A stretch of 64,000 nt of DNA from a virus. Its lineage: Duplodnaviria; Caudoviricetes. The stretch is taken from positions 1 to 64,000 of the IMG/VR virus record IMGVR_UViG_3300028591_000090; one strand, given 5' to 3'. Every line of letters begins with the position of its first letter. Positions within the stretch are counted from its first letter, which is position 1. The translations under genes were made by a program, and so were the position numbers. The notes below the pieces were generated by a model. It did no database searches. It was not told the DNA's origin and worked only from the letters and a program-made list of their open reading frames with translations. Positions 19,860 to 29,779 of this stretch are shown piece after piece.

Positions 19860-22072
19860 AATATTACGAAAATTATATAAAGGGAGAATATATTTACTCA
19901 AGACTTGATGATAGTATCTGTAAACAAAAAGATGATTGTTATGAGTTTCGTAAAGAAATTGTAAATTATGTCTACAATTACGAACAAGAATCATCATGTA
20001 AAGAATTGTTAAAGTTTCTTCCTTTAGTATTATTTTTATATAACAATAATAAAGATGTTGCATTTACAGATGATAAAATTGATATATACTTAAATCCAAA
20101 TTATTTTAGAAGTAAAATTTCTTCTATTGAAGAATGGGAATTTATTTTCTGTCATGAATGTTATCATCAAATATGGGATACTTTTGAAGTACAAAAAAGA
20201 ATTGGTAAGGAATTAGGTGGTTGTTATTCAAAGGTGTTAAATATAGCTTCTGACTGTATCATAAATGAAATGTTAAGGGCATCTAATAGAAAAATTCCAC
20301 CTATGGTTGTAACAGCAGAAACAATTAAAAGAGATTTTGATGTTGATTATGAAGATTATGATACTCAATATTCTCTTTATATGAAGATAATAAATTCTGA
20401 TAAGTTCAAACAAAAACAAGAAGAACAAAAACAGAAGCAACAACAAGGTGGTGGTAATCAACAACAACAACAAGGTGATAACCAACAACAACAGCAGGGT
20501 GGAGATAATCAACAACAACAACAAGGTGGTGGTAATCAACAACAACAAGGAAGTAAAGAAAATTCTGAAGATCAAACAGAATTAGATGATAATAATTCCG
20601 GTAACGGTGATAATGATAATAAAGAAGACGATGACGATGTAGACGAAAACTACACTGAAGATTCTGATTTTGAAGATAACGAAGACGATGACGATGTAGA
20701 CGAAAATTACTCAGAAGACGCAGATCTTGAAGACGATGACGATGACGAAGAACAAGATGAACCTTTAACAGACGATGGTTCTTTATTTGATTACGATGAC
20801 TATTCAGATAGTGAAAACGATAAAGATGGTAAAGAAGATGGTAAAGAAAGTAATCAAAAAGGTAGTCAAAAAGATAGTCAAGAAGGTAATCAAAAAGGTA
20901 GTCAAAAAGATAGTCAAGAAGGTAATCAAAAAGGTAGTCAAGAAAATGAATCAGGAAAAGGAAATGAATCTGAATCTGAATCTAAATCTAACCAAAATGG
21001 TAATAAAAGTGGAGAAGATGAGGGAGATAAAGATGGTTATAGCCGTGGTGGAACAGATAAATTATCTGAAAGAAAAATTATTTCAAGAGAAGAACTTGAA
21101 AAAATACACGAACAAGCAATAGATATATGTAAAAATAAACTTGGCGGTCTTACAAGTAAGTTTATAGAAAAATGCAATAGTTCAAGTAGACTTGAGAACC
21201 CTAATTTAAATCAAGCAAAAATAAAACAATCTTTTGGTGGTTCTGGTAGTAAGTGGGACGATGAACTATTTGATATTGTGACAAACTATATGGATGAAAT
21301 GCTTTATGATCCATATCCAGACACAAGACGCTCTTACTATAAACCTAATAGACATATGTACGACGTAAAAAGACGTAGTGGTGGAAAAATATTAATACCT
21401 GGTGAGAGAGTAGAAGATAAAACTCTACACGTTAAATTTGCATTCTTTTTAGATGGTTCTGGCTCAATGACTGGACAAAGAATTCAAGGTGCTTCTTTGG
21501 CTGCTAATGCTATCGCTAATGTAATTGATAAAAAATATGGTGAAGATTTAAACGATTACAAAGAAGATGAAGATGAAATTGCATTTGAAATGTATGCGTT
21601 TTATAATGATGTTGTATATGATGATGAAACATATCGTAAATATAACGTAAGAAAAATGCCTCCTATTGCAAAAATAGAACGAAATACGATTCCTTATACA
21701 GGTGGAGGAACAATGTCTTATAAAAACTTATTTAACAATTTCAAAAAGTACGGGACTGATTGTTTGATAAATCTAATTTTTACAGATGCAGACCAACCAA
21801 TCGAAAATGGAGATGAAGAATATTTAAAAAATTTTATTGAAGAAAATGATGGATTAATTGTTTATCTTGCTTGCGAAGATAAGAATCAAGAATTATTACA
21901 AAGATTAGCAGATGAAAACGAAGGAAAATTCTATTATATTTTATCTGATGATAATTTTCTTGTTGAAAACGAGGAACTTATAAACGCTAAAAATCAAACA
22001 AACGAATCAAGATTTAACATAAAAAAACTTGATTTTATTCCTCTATTTGAAGAATATTTCTACAAAGAATAA
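19853..22072 (+). CDS. DUF2201-like metallopeptidase-VWA protein with Q/G and acidic low-complexity linker
   Basis: HECYH; MIDAS DGSGS; GGGT; FTD. Confidence 0.85.
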   Translation: MLKYYENYIKGEYIYSRLDDSICKQKDDCYEFRKEIVNYVYNYEQESSCKELLKFLPLVLFLYNNNKDVAFTDDKIDIYLNPNYFRSKISSIEEWEFIFCHECYHQIWDTFEVQKRIGKELGGCYSKVLNIASDCIINEMLRASNRKIPPMVVTAETIKRDFDVDYEDYDTQYSLYMKIINSDKFKQKQEEQKQKQQQGGGNQQQQQGDNQQQQQGGDNQQQQQGGGNQQQQGSKENSEDQTELDDNNSGNGDNDNKEDDDDVDENYTEDSDFEDNEDDDDVDENYSEDADLEDDDDDEEQDEPLTDDGSLFDYDDYSDSENDKDGKEDGKESNQKGSQKDSQEGNQKGSQKDSQEGNQKGSQENESGKGNESESESKSNQNGNKSGEDEGDKDGYSRGGTDKLSERKIISREELEKIHEQAIDICKNKLGGLTSKFIEKCNSSSRLENPNLNQAKIKQSFGGSGSKWDDELFDIVTNYMDEMLYDPYPDTRRSYYKPNRHMYDVKRRSGGKILIPGERVEDKTLHVKFAFFLDGSGSMTGQRIQGASLAANAIANVIDKKYGEDLNDYKEDEDEIAFEMYAFYNDVVYDDETYRKYNVRKMPPIAKIERNTIPYTGGGTMSYKNLFNNFKKYGTDCLINLIFTDADQPIENGDEEYLKNFIEENDGLIVYLACEDKNQELLQRLADENEGKFYYILSDDNFLVENEELINAKNQTNESRFNIKKLDFIPLFEEYFYKE

Positions 22073-22073
22073 C

Positions 22074-22107
22074 AAAAAAATCCAATCAAAATGATTGGAT
22101 TTTTTTT
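22074..22107. terminator. bidirectional terminator at the strand switch
   Basis: A-run tccaatca aaa tgattgga T-run. Confidence 0.85.
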
Positions 22108-22114
22108 GTTTACG

Positions 22115-23143
22115 TTATTTTTGGATTTGGTCTCCGAGAAATGCTTTGATTTTTATTTTACTTAATGGAGTTTTATCAAAAGCACCTTTATTGTCAGTTA
22201 TTTGTTCTGGGTGTATAAGTTGAGGTAAACGCATATTTTCTAATTCTTTACAACCATTACACATATTTCTTATATTTGTTACCTTATTAAAATTAAATTT
22301 TTTCAAATCTATACCTGTTAAGTTTTCACAACCAGCAAACATAGATTTTACTGTTATAATATTATTAAATGTCGTTGTATTAAATATTACTGAATAAAGA
22401 TTTTTACAACCAAAGAACATATTTTCTGTTGTTTCAACCATTGATACGTTCATATCAGAAAAACTTACAGATTTTAGATTAGTACAACCAGAAAACATTT
22501 CTTTCATACTTTTGAGTTCTTTAGTAAATAAAGAAACCTCAACGCTCAATAATGTCGTATCATCTTTAAACATTCCTGATAAATCTTGAACTGCTTTATC
22601 AGGATACCAAAGAAACTCACCATTTGGTTTTACATAATTAGGTTTTATTTCTCTAAAATCATTTTCTCCTACATATTTTACATAAAACTTAAAAGAGTCG
22701 AAATTATAATTGTATTCTTTAGCATTGCTATCTATAACCCCTTTTACATAATTTGTATCTTGAGCAATATCTGAATAATCTACAGAATCTTCGTGTTCAA
22801 CCTCTTCTTCTTGTTTTTCTTTTTCAGTTTCTTTCTTTTCATTATCATCTTGTACAAAATCAGAATAATCTATTGTCTGTTTTGGTTGTTGCGATTGCGG
22901 TTGAGATTGTACAGAAGTTTCTTCTTCTTCTGTTTCTTCATTATCTTCGTTATCAAAATCAAAACCAGAATAATCAATAGATGTTTTTTTAGAATCGGTA
23001 TTTTCTGTTTTTGTTTCTTTTTCTTTATCTGTTTTGTCTTCTTGTTTTTGAGTCTTTTCATCTTCATCACCGAACTCAAAATCATCATACAAACCTTCTT
23101 TCAAAAGATAGTCGTAAATATTTATAATCTTTTTATTTTTCAT
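22115..23143 (-). CDS. BspA/DUF285-type LRR protein with acidic N-terminus
   Basis: repeated M..MF.GC.NL..V. Confidence 0.8.
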   Translation of the reverse strand: MKNKKIINIYDYLLKEGLYDDFEFGDEDEKTQKQEDKTDKEKETKTENTDSKKTSIDYSGFDFDNEDNEETEEEETSVQSQPQSQQPKQTIDYSDFVQDDNEKKETEKEKQEEEVEHEDSVDYSDIAQDTNYVKGVIDSNAKEYNYNFDSFKFYVKYVGENDFREIKPNYVKPNGEFLWYPDKAVQDLSGMFKDDTTLLSVEVSLFTKELKSMKEMFSGCTNLKSVSFSDMNVSMVETTENMFFGCKNLYSVIFNTTTFNNIITVKSMFAGCENLTGIDLKKFNFNKVTNIRNMCNGCKELENMRLPQLIHPEQITDNKGAFDKTPLSKIKIKAFLGDQIQK

Positions 23144-23148
23144 AATTA

Positions 23149-23811
23149 TTAAACATTTTGATTATTATTGTTGTTATTGTTATTATTATTGTTATTTATT
23201 TGTTGCTGATTTGTATTAGCATTATTATTTACTTGTTGTTGATTATTATTGTTGTTTACTTGTTGCTGATTATTGTTGTTATTAACATTTGCTTGTTGCT
23301 GATTGTTATTATTTGCATTAGCATTATTATTATTGTTGTTGTTATTGTTATTATCAGTAGAACTCTTCATTGTTCCTAATTGCACTCTACTAAAGTTTCC
23401 ATCTTTGTAAACAACTTTTGCAACGTCTTTTGTATTATCTTTTGGTAGAATCCAAATCTTCCACAAATTATTTGCTTTTTCATATTCCATTTTAACGGCT
23501 CTATATTCTGGTAGATTCTGTTCAAATGGTGAATAAATGTCTCCACTTAATTGTACGTTACCAATAGGTGTTTTTTGTAATTGATTGTTGATTTTCATTA
23601 TTTCAACACCTTTTATGGTTTTATTCTGTATATTTATACCAATAGAAGCCTTTTCTGCATTTGGAGATATGATACCATCGAATACCATATTTTGTTGGAA
23701 TTGTTTTAATACATCAACAACTCTTTTACCAATATCTTTTTTCTGAACGACATCGTTCATATTTACATCATTTGCTTCTCTCAATAAGTAATTTAAAAAA
23801 TAGTTTTCCAT
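23149..23811 (-). CDS. putative head-internal protein with poly-N/Q tail
   Basis: NYFLNYLLRE start; N/Q tail. Confidence 0.7.
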   Translation of the reverse strand: MENYFLNYLLREANDVNMNDVVQKKDIGKRVVDVLKQFQQNMVFDGIISPNAEKASIGINIQNKTIKGVEIMKINNQLQKTPIGNVQLSGDIYSPFEQNLPEYRAVKMEYEKANNLWKIWILPKDNTKDVAKVVYKDGNFSRVQLGTMKSSTDNNNNNNNNNNANANNNNQQQANVNNNNNQQQVNNNNNQQQVNNNANTNQQQINNNNNNNNNNNNQNV

Positions 23812-23826
23812 TATTATTGTTATTTT

Positions 23827-24375
23827 TTAATATAAGTTTCTTTGTTTATTAAATGTTTCTTTCGTAACGCTACTTTCAATAGACATTTTATATGTTACAC
23901 CATTATATATTAAATTTTCTCCATTTGTTATTTCTCCCTCAACGTACATATATTCATTTGGATTTTGTGGATAAAATTTAAATTTCTCATTCGATAAAGA
24001 ATTATTAGGGTCTTCTTCCATCCATAACTCTAATTTTTGATAATGAGGCATTACATCTAAAAAAATGTTATACAATTGAACGCTATACTCGTTACTTACT
24101 ACTGCCCCAGGTCCACCTGGTCCTGGTGAGTTTATTGTCATATTATTGCTATCAAAATCAAAAGTAACAACAGATTTACCATATTGAGGATGTTCTTGTC
24201 CCAATAAAGCACATTCACGTATTGCTTTTATAAGCCAAAAAACAACTCTTGCTCTTTTCTCACCAATAGCCAACCCACCTTTAACATTGGCATTATTATT
24301 ATTGTTATTATTATTGCCATTGTTATTACCTCTATTATTCTTTTCGAGTAAATATTGTAAAAAATAATTATTCAT
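23827..24375 (-). CDS. putative head-internal protein with poly-N
   Basis: NYFLQYLLE start. Confidence 0.7.
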   Translation of the reverse strand: MNNYFLQYLLEKNNRGNNNGNNNNNNNNANVKGGLAIGEKRARVVFWLIKAIRECALLGQEHPQYGKSVVTFDFDSNNMTINSPGPGGPGAVVSNEYSVQLYNIFLDVMPHYQKLELWMEEDPNNSLSNEKFKFYPQNPNEYMYVEGEITNGENLIYNGVTYKMSIESSVTKETFNKQRNLY

Positions 24376-24377
24376 AT

Positions 24378-24785
24378 TTAAAATTTAATTGTTTCTTCTG
24401 TACCCTCCATTTTGAATACCTTTGTTTCTACGTTTATACTACCAGTAACTTTAACAAAGTTTTCATTTGTTGGATTTATTTCAAAATTTAACACGTTATT
24501 ACTTGCTGTTACTAATTTAACGGATTTATAGTTCTTAAAGTTTTGATTTAACAAATCAAATAATTTATCACAGCCTGCTATTCGTATATCACTACTTGCT
24601 TGCTTACCATCAAAAACAACCGTTTTCTTGATTACTCTGCTCTTAAAATCAACAACAGACATTGCTTTCTTATTATTGTTAGTAAAACTAATAAGATATT
24701 GAAACAAACCAACAGTTTGTAACATTTTCATTGTCGTTTTTAATAAAGTAACTCTTTGTTTTATAATATCTTTTTCGTCAGACAT
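24378..24785 (-). CDS. hypothetical protein
   Basis: first gene after late-type promoter. Confidence 0.7.
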   Translation of the reverse strand: MSDEKDIIKQRVTLLKTTMKMLQTVGLFQYLISFTNNNKKAMSVVDFKSRVIKKTVVFDGKQASSDIRIAGCDKLFDLLNQNFKNYKSVKLVTASNNVLNFEINPTNENFVKVTGSINVETKVFKMEGTEETIKF

Positions 24786-24802
24786 CGTTATTGAATTTGT
24801 TT

Positions 24803-24823
24803 TAATTATTTATTTATAAATAA
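24803..24823. promoter_or_regulatory. divergent T4-like late promoters (TATAAATA/TAAATAA)
   Basis: attatttatttataaataaaa between divergent genes; similar at ~3531, 18170, 36846, 38149-38175. Confidence 0.6.
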
Positions 24824-24841
24824 AAGAAAAACAACAAACTC

Positions 24842-25162
24842 ATGGATTTAAATGTTCCTACATTCTTACAATTTATAAACGAAGACTTTGATAATAATAA
24901 TATGCCTAAAATGACAGATGAAGATTTCCAAACTTTCTCAAGTATGGAAGGCGATATAAGAAGTCTTGTGAGCCAATTAAAGAATAAGATAGGTAATGTA
25001 CTGCCAACAAACGAAATCACGTCAGATAAGACAAAATACATTAAATCTAATAAGTTATGTAACATATTAGATAGATTATCTCAAGAACTTGACCAAGAAA
25101 AGAAGGCAAGAGAACAACGTAAAGTGGCACAACAACAACCTAAACAACCAGACGAATTATAA
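24842..25162 (+). CDS. putative head-internal protein
   Basis: VPTFLQFINE start. Confidence 0.7.
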   Translation: MDLNVPTFLQFINEDFDNNNMPKMTDEDFQTFSSMEGDIRSLVSQLKNKIGNVLPTNEITSDKTKYIKSNKLCNILDRLSQELDQEKKAREQRKVAQQQPKQPDEL

Positions 25163-25678
25163 TATTCTTCCTAAAAACAGTCCAATTATCATATATGAGA
25201 TTGATACAACCTCAATCCAATAAACCGTATGTCCAGTATTTTTCTTTATGTTTATAAATGCTGTAATAGACAAAGATAATATCTCTGCTAAAACAATCCA
25301 CCATAAACCAAAGCATAATCCTATTCCTAAAGAAGCAAGTGTTATAGCACCAATAGCACCAATAAGGTGCGGGATAAAATACACATTGCCTCTGTTTATT
25401 GTTGGATTGCAAGTCATTATTGAGAATAATGCACATACTATCATATAAAGCCAATTCTGACCTATTAAACCAATACAAGCAATACTTGCCCACATAAACG
25501 CTTGAAATAACCAACGTGGTTCTACTGCATAATAACTAATACTTATTGATTTTAATATACCTTTAGTTTGATATACACCAAGAAGATATGTTAAGAATAC
25601 ACCTATACCAAATATGAACCCAATAATTCCTGCTGTATAACTATAAGTCCAAGGAAAACTACATAACCAATCTAACAT
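25157..25678 (-). CDS. multi-pass membrane protein
   Basis: 5-6 TM segments. Confidence 0.75.
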   Translation of the reverse strand: MLDWLCSFPWTYSYTAGIIGFIFGIGVFLTYLLGVYQTKGILKSISISYYAVEPRWLFQAFMWASIACIGLIGQNWLYMIVCALFSIMTCNPTINRGNVYFIPHLIGAIGAITLASLGIGLCFGLWWIVLAEILSLSITAFINIKKNTGHTVYWIEVVSISYMIIGLFLGRIL

Positions 25679-25699
25679 AAATAACAGATTTTTTCTCTG

Positions 25700-26128
25700 T
25701 TATTTATGTTCGGTTATTTTTTCGTACATACTATCTGCTATATCAGAATAACCAATTCTTCGTAAGAGTTGTTGTAGTTCATGAAAATATCTTACTTTTA
25801 GTGTTACTTGAAACATTCCTTTATCATAAGATAAAACATAGTAATTATTATCATATTCTTTGATAGTAAGATTGTCATCAAAGCGATAAAATATACCAGT
25901 AAAACCTTCTATTTTTCTAAAACCATATGCTTCTGGAGAAAATCTATGCAATGATACAGGATAAAAACAATCATTTTCTCCACAAATAATATCTTCTCCA
26001 TTTCCAATTTTAGATAGTTCTATGTCTTTTATTGGAACGTATTCGTCTTCGATAAAACAATTAGGATCATAATAAACAACATCGTTTATCATCAAATCCT
26101 TTGGTTCTAATGTGTCATTATTTCTCAT
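25700..26128 (-). CDS. hypothetical phage protein
   Basis: DLMIND.V...YFHELQQLLR motif. Confidence 0.7.
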   Translation of the reverse strand: MRNNDTLEPKDLMINDVVYYDPNCFIEDEYVPIKDIELSKIGNGEDIICGENDCFYPVSLHRFSPEAYGFRKIEGFTGIFYRFDDNLTIKEYDNNYYVLSYDKGMFQVTLKVRYFHELQQLLRRIGYSDIADSMYEKITEHK

Positions 26129-26561
26129 CTTTCTTATAATTTTCGTTAATAAAATCAACCATTGAATTTCTAATATATGAAGCACATTCTGTTACATCAA
26201 AAAAATCTTTAGTAGTGTCCCACTTATCATTCATATTGTTGTATACATCGCTTGACAATGGAGCACAATTATATACTGTACACAAATCAAACACAACAAG
26301 ACAAATAGCATCTGAATTTCTATGTTCGTAAACAGCATAGTTTCTTTGTTCTATACCTTTTTTTGTTGGGACAACAATAGAAAAGATATAACCTTGTTCT
26401 CGACAGTTTTCATATCTACCGACGTTGATACGTGCTTCGTGCTCTCCTGTTTCATCATTAAATGTATCATCAACAATTTGTTCATACCAGCCTTTCACTA
26501 AACACATAACTGCTTGTGCTTGATAATTTGCACCGTCTTCTAAATAATCTTCTAACTTCAT
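26118..26561 (-). CDS. hypothetical phage protein
   Basis: NCREQGY, YEHRNSD. Confidence 0.75.
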   Translation of the reverse strand: MKLEDYLEDGANYQAQAVMCLVKGWYEQIVDDTFNDETGEHEARINVGRYENCREQGYIFSIVVPTKKGIEQRNYAVYEHRNSDAICLVVFDLCTVYNCAPLSSDVYNNMNDKWDTTKDFFDVTECASYIRNSMVDFINENYKKDEK

Positions 26562-26568
26562 AATTCTA

Positions 26569-26868
26569 TTATCTTTTTTGTTTCTTAATAAATTCTTGCA
26601 AGGCTTCTATTTTCTTCCAATCAACTTTTGTTTTAAGGAACTCAATTCCTTCTTTAAGTTCTTCAACTGTTTTTATGTCATCTACACAAATATCTTCAAT
26701 TGCAAATCCTCTCGTAATTTGTGCTCCCCAAGTATCTTTATTCACCTTATAGACAAGAATCGCATCTTTATAATAATAATCAAATGCCTCATCGTCATAA
26801 AAACGATAACCATTGTCTTTGAGATATTTTTTTATTGCGTCCATAGTATTACTTTGTTTCGTTACCAA
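26569..26868 (-). CDS. hypothetical protein
   Basis: packed ORF. Confidence 0.65.
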   Translation of the reverse strand: MVTKQSNTMDAIKKYLKDNGYRFYDDEAFDYYYKDAILVYKVNKDTWGAQITRGFAIEDICVDDIKTVEELKEGIEFLKTKVDWKKIEALQEFIKKQKR

Positions 26869-27280
26869 ATCCTGCGTTATTTACCATATTGTCACAAATC
26901 TCTTTGTAAATTTTCAAGAATTCTTCTTTTGAGATTTCAGAAATTATGTTTATCCCTTCAATAAATCTTATTGTATTTTTATAAATATGAATATCTTTTT
27001 CTTCAAATGTTTCAATTAAATCACACAATATTTGTATGCCAATAATTCCTCTTACGTATATATAAGAAACACCATGAAATGCATTTATTTTATAATATTT
27101 TCCAACAGTATCTTTAAATTTTATATTACATTCAAGTTCTTGTAATTCTTTTTTATAAAAATTTATCTCATTTTCTATTGTCTCTTTTATTGGACTAATT
27201 TTAGATGCTGGTTGTTCAAGAAGTTTTCTAAGATTCTTAATTTGTGTTCTAAGTTTTTCTATTTTTTCGTTTGTCTCCAT
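26849..27280 (-). CDS. hypothetical protein
   Basis: packed ORF. Confidence 0.7.
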   Translation of the reverse strand: METNEKIEKLRTQIKNLRKLLEQPASKISPIKETIENEINFYKKELQELECNIKFKDTVGKYYKINAFHGVSYIYVRGIIGIQILCDLIETFEEKDIHIYKNTIRFIEGINIISEISKEEFLKIYKEICDNMVNNAGFGNETK

Positions 27281-27298
27281 AATATTTATCTTTTTAAA

Positions 27299-27805
27299 TT
27301 AACAATATACTTTTGTAAATGCACTAGTTGCACTTGCAATATAGCCGTTAAGAATTTTCTTTATGGCATATTCGTGAGCATCAAGTATCTTTTTGTTTTC
27401 CGGATTATCCATGAATTCGTCAAGTTCATTAACCGATTTCGGGATATACATCGGAACAAACATCGGTTTTTTGATTTTTTCAATTTCTTTTACGAGCACT
27501 TGATAAGTTAATGATATGCGAAGTTCAGGCATATAGCATTTTGATTCTGCTATTTTCTCTATGTCTATCGCAGTATCTTGAAGTTTAGTTTCTTCTTTTT
27601 CCAAACCTTTAATAAGGTCTGAAATCTTCACTTGCTCTACTATGAAATCACGTAAATCTTGGCAAAAATTACACTCACCTCTTGTCTCCACGATTTTCTG
27701 GTTATATCGAAGTTCTTTCTTATATACATCATATAAGTTAATAAGAACTGTATCGTCTTTCTCTAATCTTTGTTTTAACAATTTTAATGCCTTTGATTTT
27801 GTCAT
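27299..27805 (-). CDS. hypothetical protein
   Basis: ORF after promoter. Confidence 0.7.
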   Translation of the reverse strand: MTKSKALKLLKQRLEKDDTVLINLYDVYKKELRYNQKIVETRGECNFCQDLRDFIVEQVKISDLIKGLEKEETKLQDTAIDIEKIAESKCYMPELRISLTYQVLVKEIEKIKKPMFVPMYIPKSVNELDEFMDNPENKKILDAHEYAIKKILNGYIASATSAFTKVYC

Positions 27806-27869
27806 TGTCTTTACCTTTTAAAATTTAACAATGCAAATATAAACATTATTTTTAACAAATGCAAATTTT

Positions 27870-28226
27870 TTACCAAGAAAATTCTTCCATACAAGTTTCA
27901 TAACTTTTTTGAAAATTTTTAAAAAACTCTTCTGCTGACATTGGAATAATATCTCCAAAGATTTTAACAAGAAAATCACCTCTTGTAACACATACATCAC
28001 ATCTTTTTGATTTTAAGGTAATGGAAATATAATCATCTGCACCAAAACAAGACATACCTGTACGAAAAATACATTGAAGAATAGACTCTCCTTCTTCGTT
28101 TTTACAAAAATCTTTCAAATCTTCAAGATTTCTACCAGTCCATTGAATTGCTTCAACTTCAATATTGCTTGAGATATATTTTTTTACCTCTTCACTTTCT
28201 ATTTTCCCTATAACATCATCTATCAT
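27870..28226 (-). CDS. conserved phage protein (EAIQWTG...GDFLVK...F family)
   Basis: motif pattern. Confidence 0.7.
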   Translation of the reverse strand: MIDDVIGKIESEEVKKYISSNIEVEAIQWTGRNLEDLKDFCKNEEGESILQCIFRTGMSCFGADDYISITLKSKRCDVCVTRGDFLVKIFGDIIPMSAEEFFKNFQKSYETCMEEFSW

Positions 28227-28825
28227 TATTGTAACAATTTAAATTCATAAACAATAACATAAGGATTTATATTCCTATGTTCTTTTTTACTTATTAGATT
28301 AAGTAAATTTAAAAAAGCATCTTTTGCTGTTTTGTATTTAAAAAAATGACACCTTTCTCCGCTTATTTCAGAAAAATAAAATTCTTTAATAGCACGTGAA
28401 ATGCCTTCTTTAAAACAATCTTCTTCCGATATATCTTGCAGTCGTTCAAGTCGAACATCTACAATTTGTATTCTGTGAGGCATAAGTCTTGCTTTTACAA
28501 ACATTTTATTCTTCCAACCTTTTGTATCCTCTACAATTGCATTTCGATAGTCTGCATATATATCTGCCCAATAATCTCCATCGTCTGCTTCGTTAAATAT
28601 AGATAAATATGATTGTGCAACAGCAACAATTTCACCAACACCAAACCGACTTGTATGAATTGGTTTTTCTACACCATTTTGATAACATACAAGTTTACCT
28701 TTATAATTTATCTTTGTTTCAAGCGGACCATCGCAATCAAACTCTTCTCTTCTTGTTTGAGTTTTTATGCCATTCAGTACAGCATATTGCATTCCATATA
28801 ATTCGTTAAATAATATTTTTTGCAT
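28226..28825 (-). CDS. ASCH-like protein
   Basis: GIKTQTRR...VRLERLQDISEEDC..EGI...NPYV. Confidence 0.75.
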   Translation of the reverse strand: MQKILFNELYGMQYAVLNGIKTQTRREEFDCDGPLETKINYKGKLVCYQNGVEKPIHTSRFGVGEIVAVAQSYLSIFNEADDGDYWADIYADYRNAIVEDTKGWKNKMFVKARLMPHRIQIVDVRLERLQDISEEDCFKEGISRAIKEFYFSEISGERCHFFKYKTAKDAFLNLLNLISKKEHRNINPYVIVYEFKLLQ

Positions 28826-28827
28826 AA

Positions 28828-29376
28828 CTATTGATTTAAGTAAGAATCACAACTATCACAAGTACCATTTAGATACTCTCTTTCGTTTGCACCATCACTT
28901 GAACAATGTGGTAAATCACTAAAACCAACATCTTCTTGTGATAACCAATTATAACACGTTTTACAAAGTTCTCTTGGTTTACATATTTTAGGTAAATTTT
29001 CTTCTTCTTTTATTTTTTCAAAATAAAACTTACCGTCCCATCTTTTTACTTCTATCATTTTATATTTCAAAGCAAGCCGGAAAATAAAACTCTTTTGTAA
29101 TCTATCAATAATTCCTTTTAATTTCCAGTTTCTAAACTCTTCTATTGTCGAAGTCCCTTTATAGAAATTACACATACGACAAGCAGGATTAAGATTTTCT
29201 AATTCATCTTTATCCATATCACCTTTACCCATCTTATGACTTCTATTTTCATATTCATATTGAGCAATAATATGGTCAACTTGCATTTCTTTTAGTGTAA
29301 TCGGGTCCCCACAATATGCACAACGACCATCGTATTTCGCATACACAATTTCACGTATCTTTTTACTTATTGCCAT
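28828..29376 (-). CDS. HNH endonuclease
   Basis: CAYCG...VDHI...NLNPACRMCN. Confidence 0.88.
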   Translation of the reverse strand: MAISKKIREIVYAKYDGRCAYCGDPITLKEMQVDHIIAQYEYENRSHKMGKGDMDKDELENLNPACRMCNFYKGTSTIEEFRNWKLKGIIDRLQKSFIFRLALKYKMIEVKRWDGKFYFEKIKEEENLPKICKPRELCKTCYNWLSQEDVGFSDLPHCSSDGANEREYLNGTCDSCDSYLNQ

Positions 29377-29423
29377 ATTTTTATTTTTCGACAAATATAA
29401 AACAATTATTTGTAAAATGCAAA

Positions 29424-29768
29424 TTAATCTTCATCTATTTCTTCTAACTCTTTCATATCAATATAGTATTCGAACTCACCTCGAAGATTGTTTTCATAAA
29501 TCTTAAAATTCTTTCTTCCAACAAAAGACTCGCCCTTTTCTACTATGATTGGCTTCCCAACTACTGGAGGATTGTTTACTCCATACTTCTTATTGAACTT
29601 CCTTATTTCCTCGTTCACCTTCATCTGGTCAATCATCTCGTCTTGATGCTCAATGAAGAAGTCTATTTCAATGTTGTTTCTTATTTGCTCAATAGTCACC
29701 TCACCAGATTTTAGCTTGGTGTCAAGTTCCTTACGCATCTCTTTTGTCAAAAATATGAATTTTCTCAT
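29424..29768 (-). CDS. hypothetical protein
   Basis: ORF. Confidence 0.65.
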   Translation of the reverse strand: MRKFIFLTKEMRKELDTKLKSGEVTIEQIRNNIEIDFFIEHQDEMIDQMKVNEEIRKFNKKYGVNNPPVVGKPIIVEKGESFVGRKNFKIYENNLRGEFEYYIDMKELEEIDED

Positions 29769-29779
29769 TGCTAGTATTG

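Noticed and set aside
20440-20945. CRISPR-like or DGR-like repeats
   Set aside because: In-frame coding tandem repeats without unique spacers; no cas or RT gene
20273-23379. Hydrophobic or K/V-repeat ORFs at 20273, 20775, 22793 and 23158
   Set aside because: Shadow frames of low-complexity coding repeats
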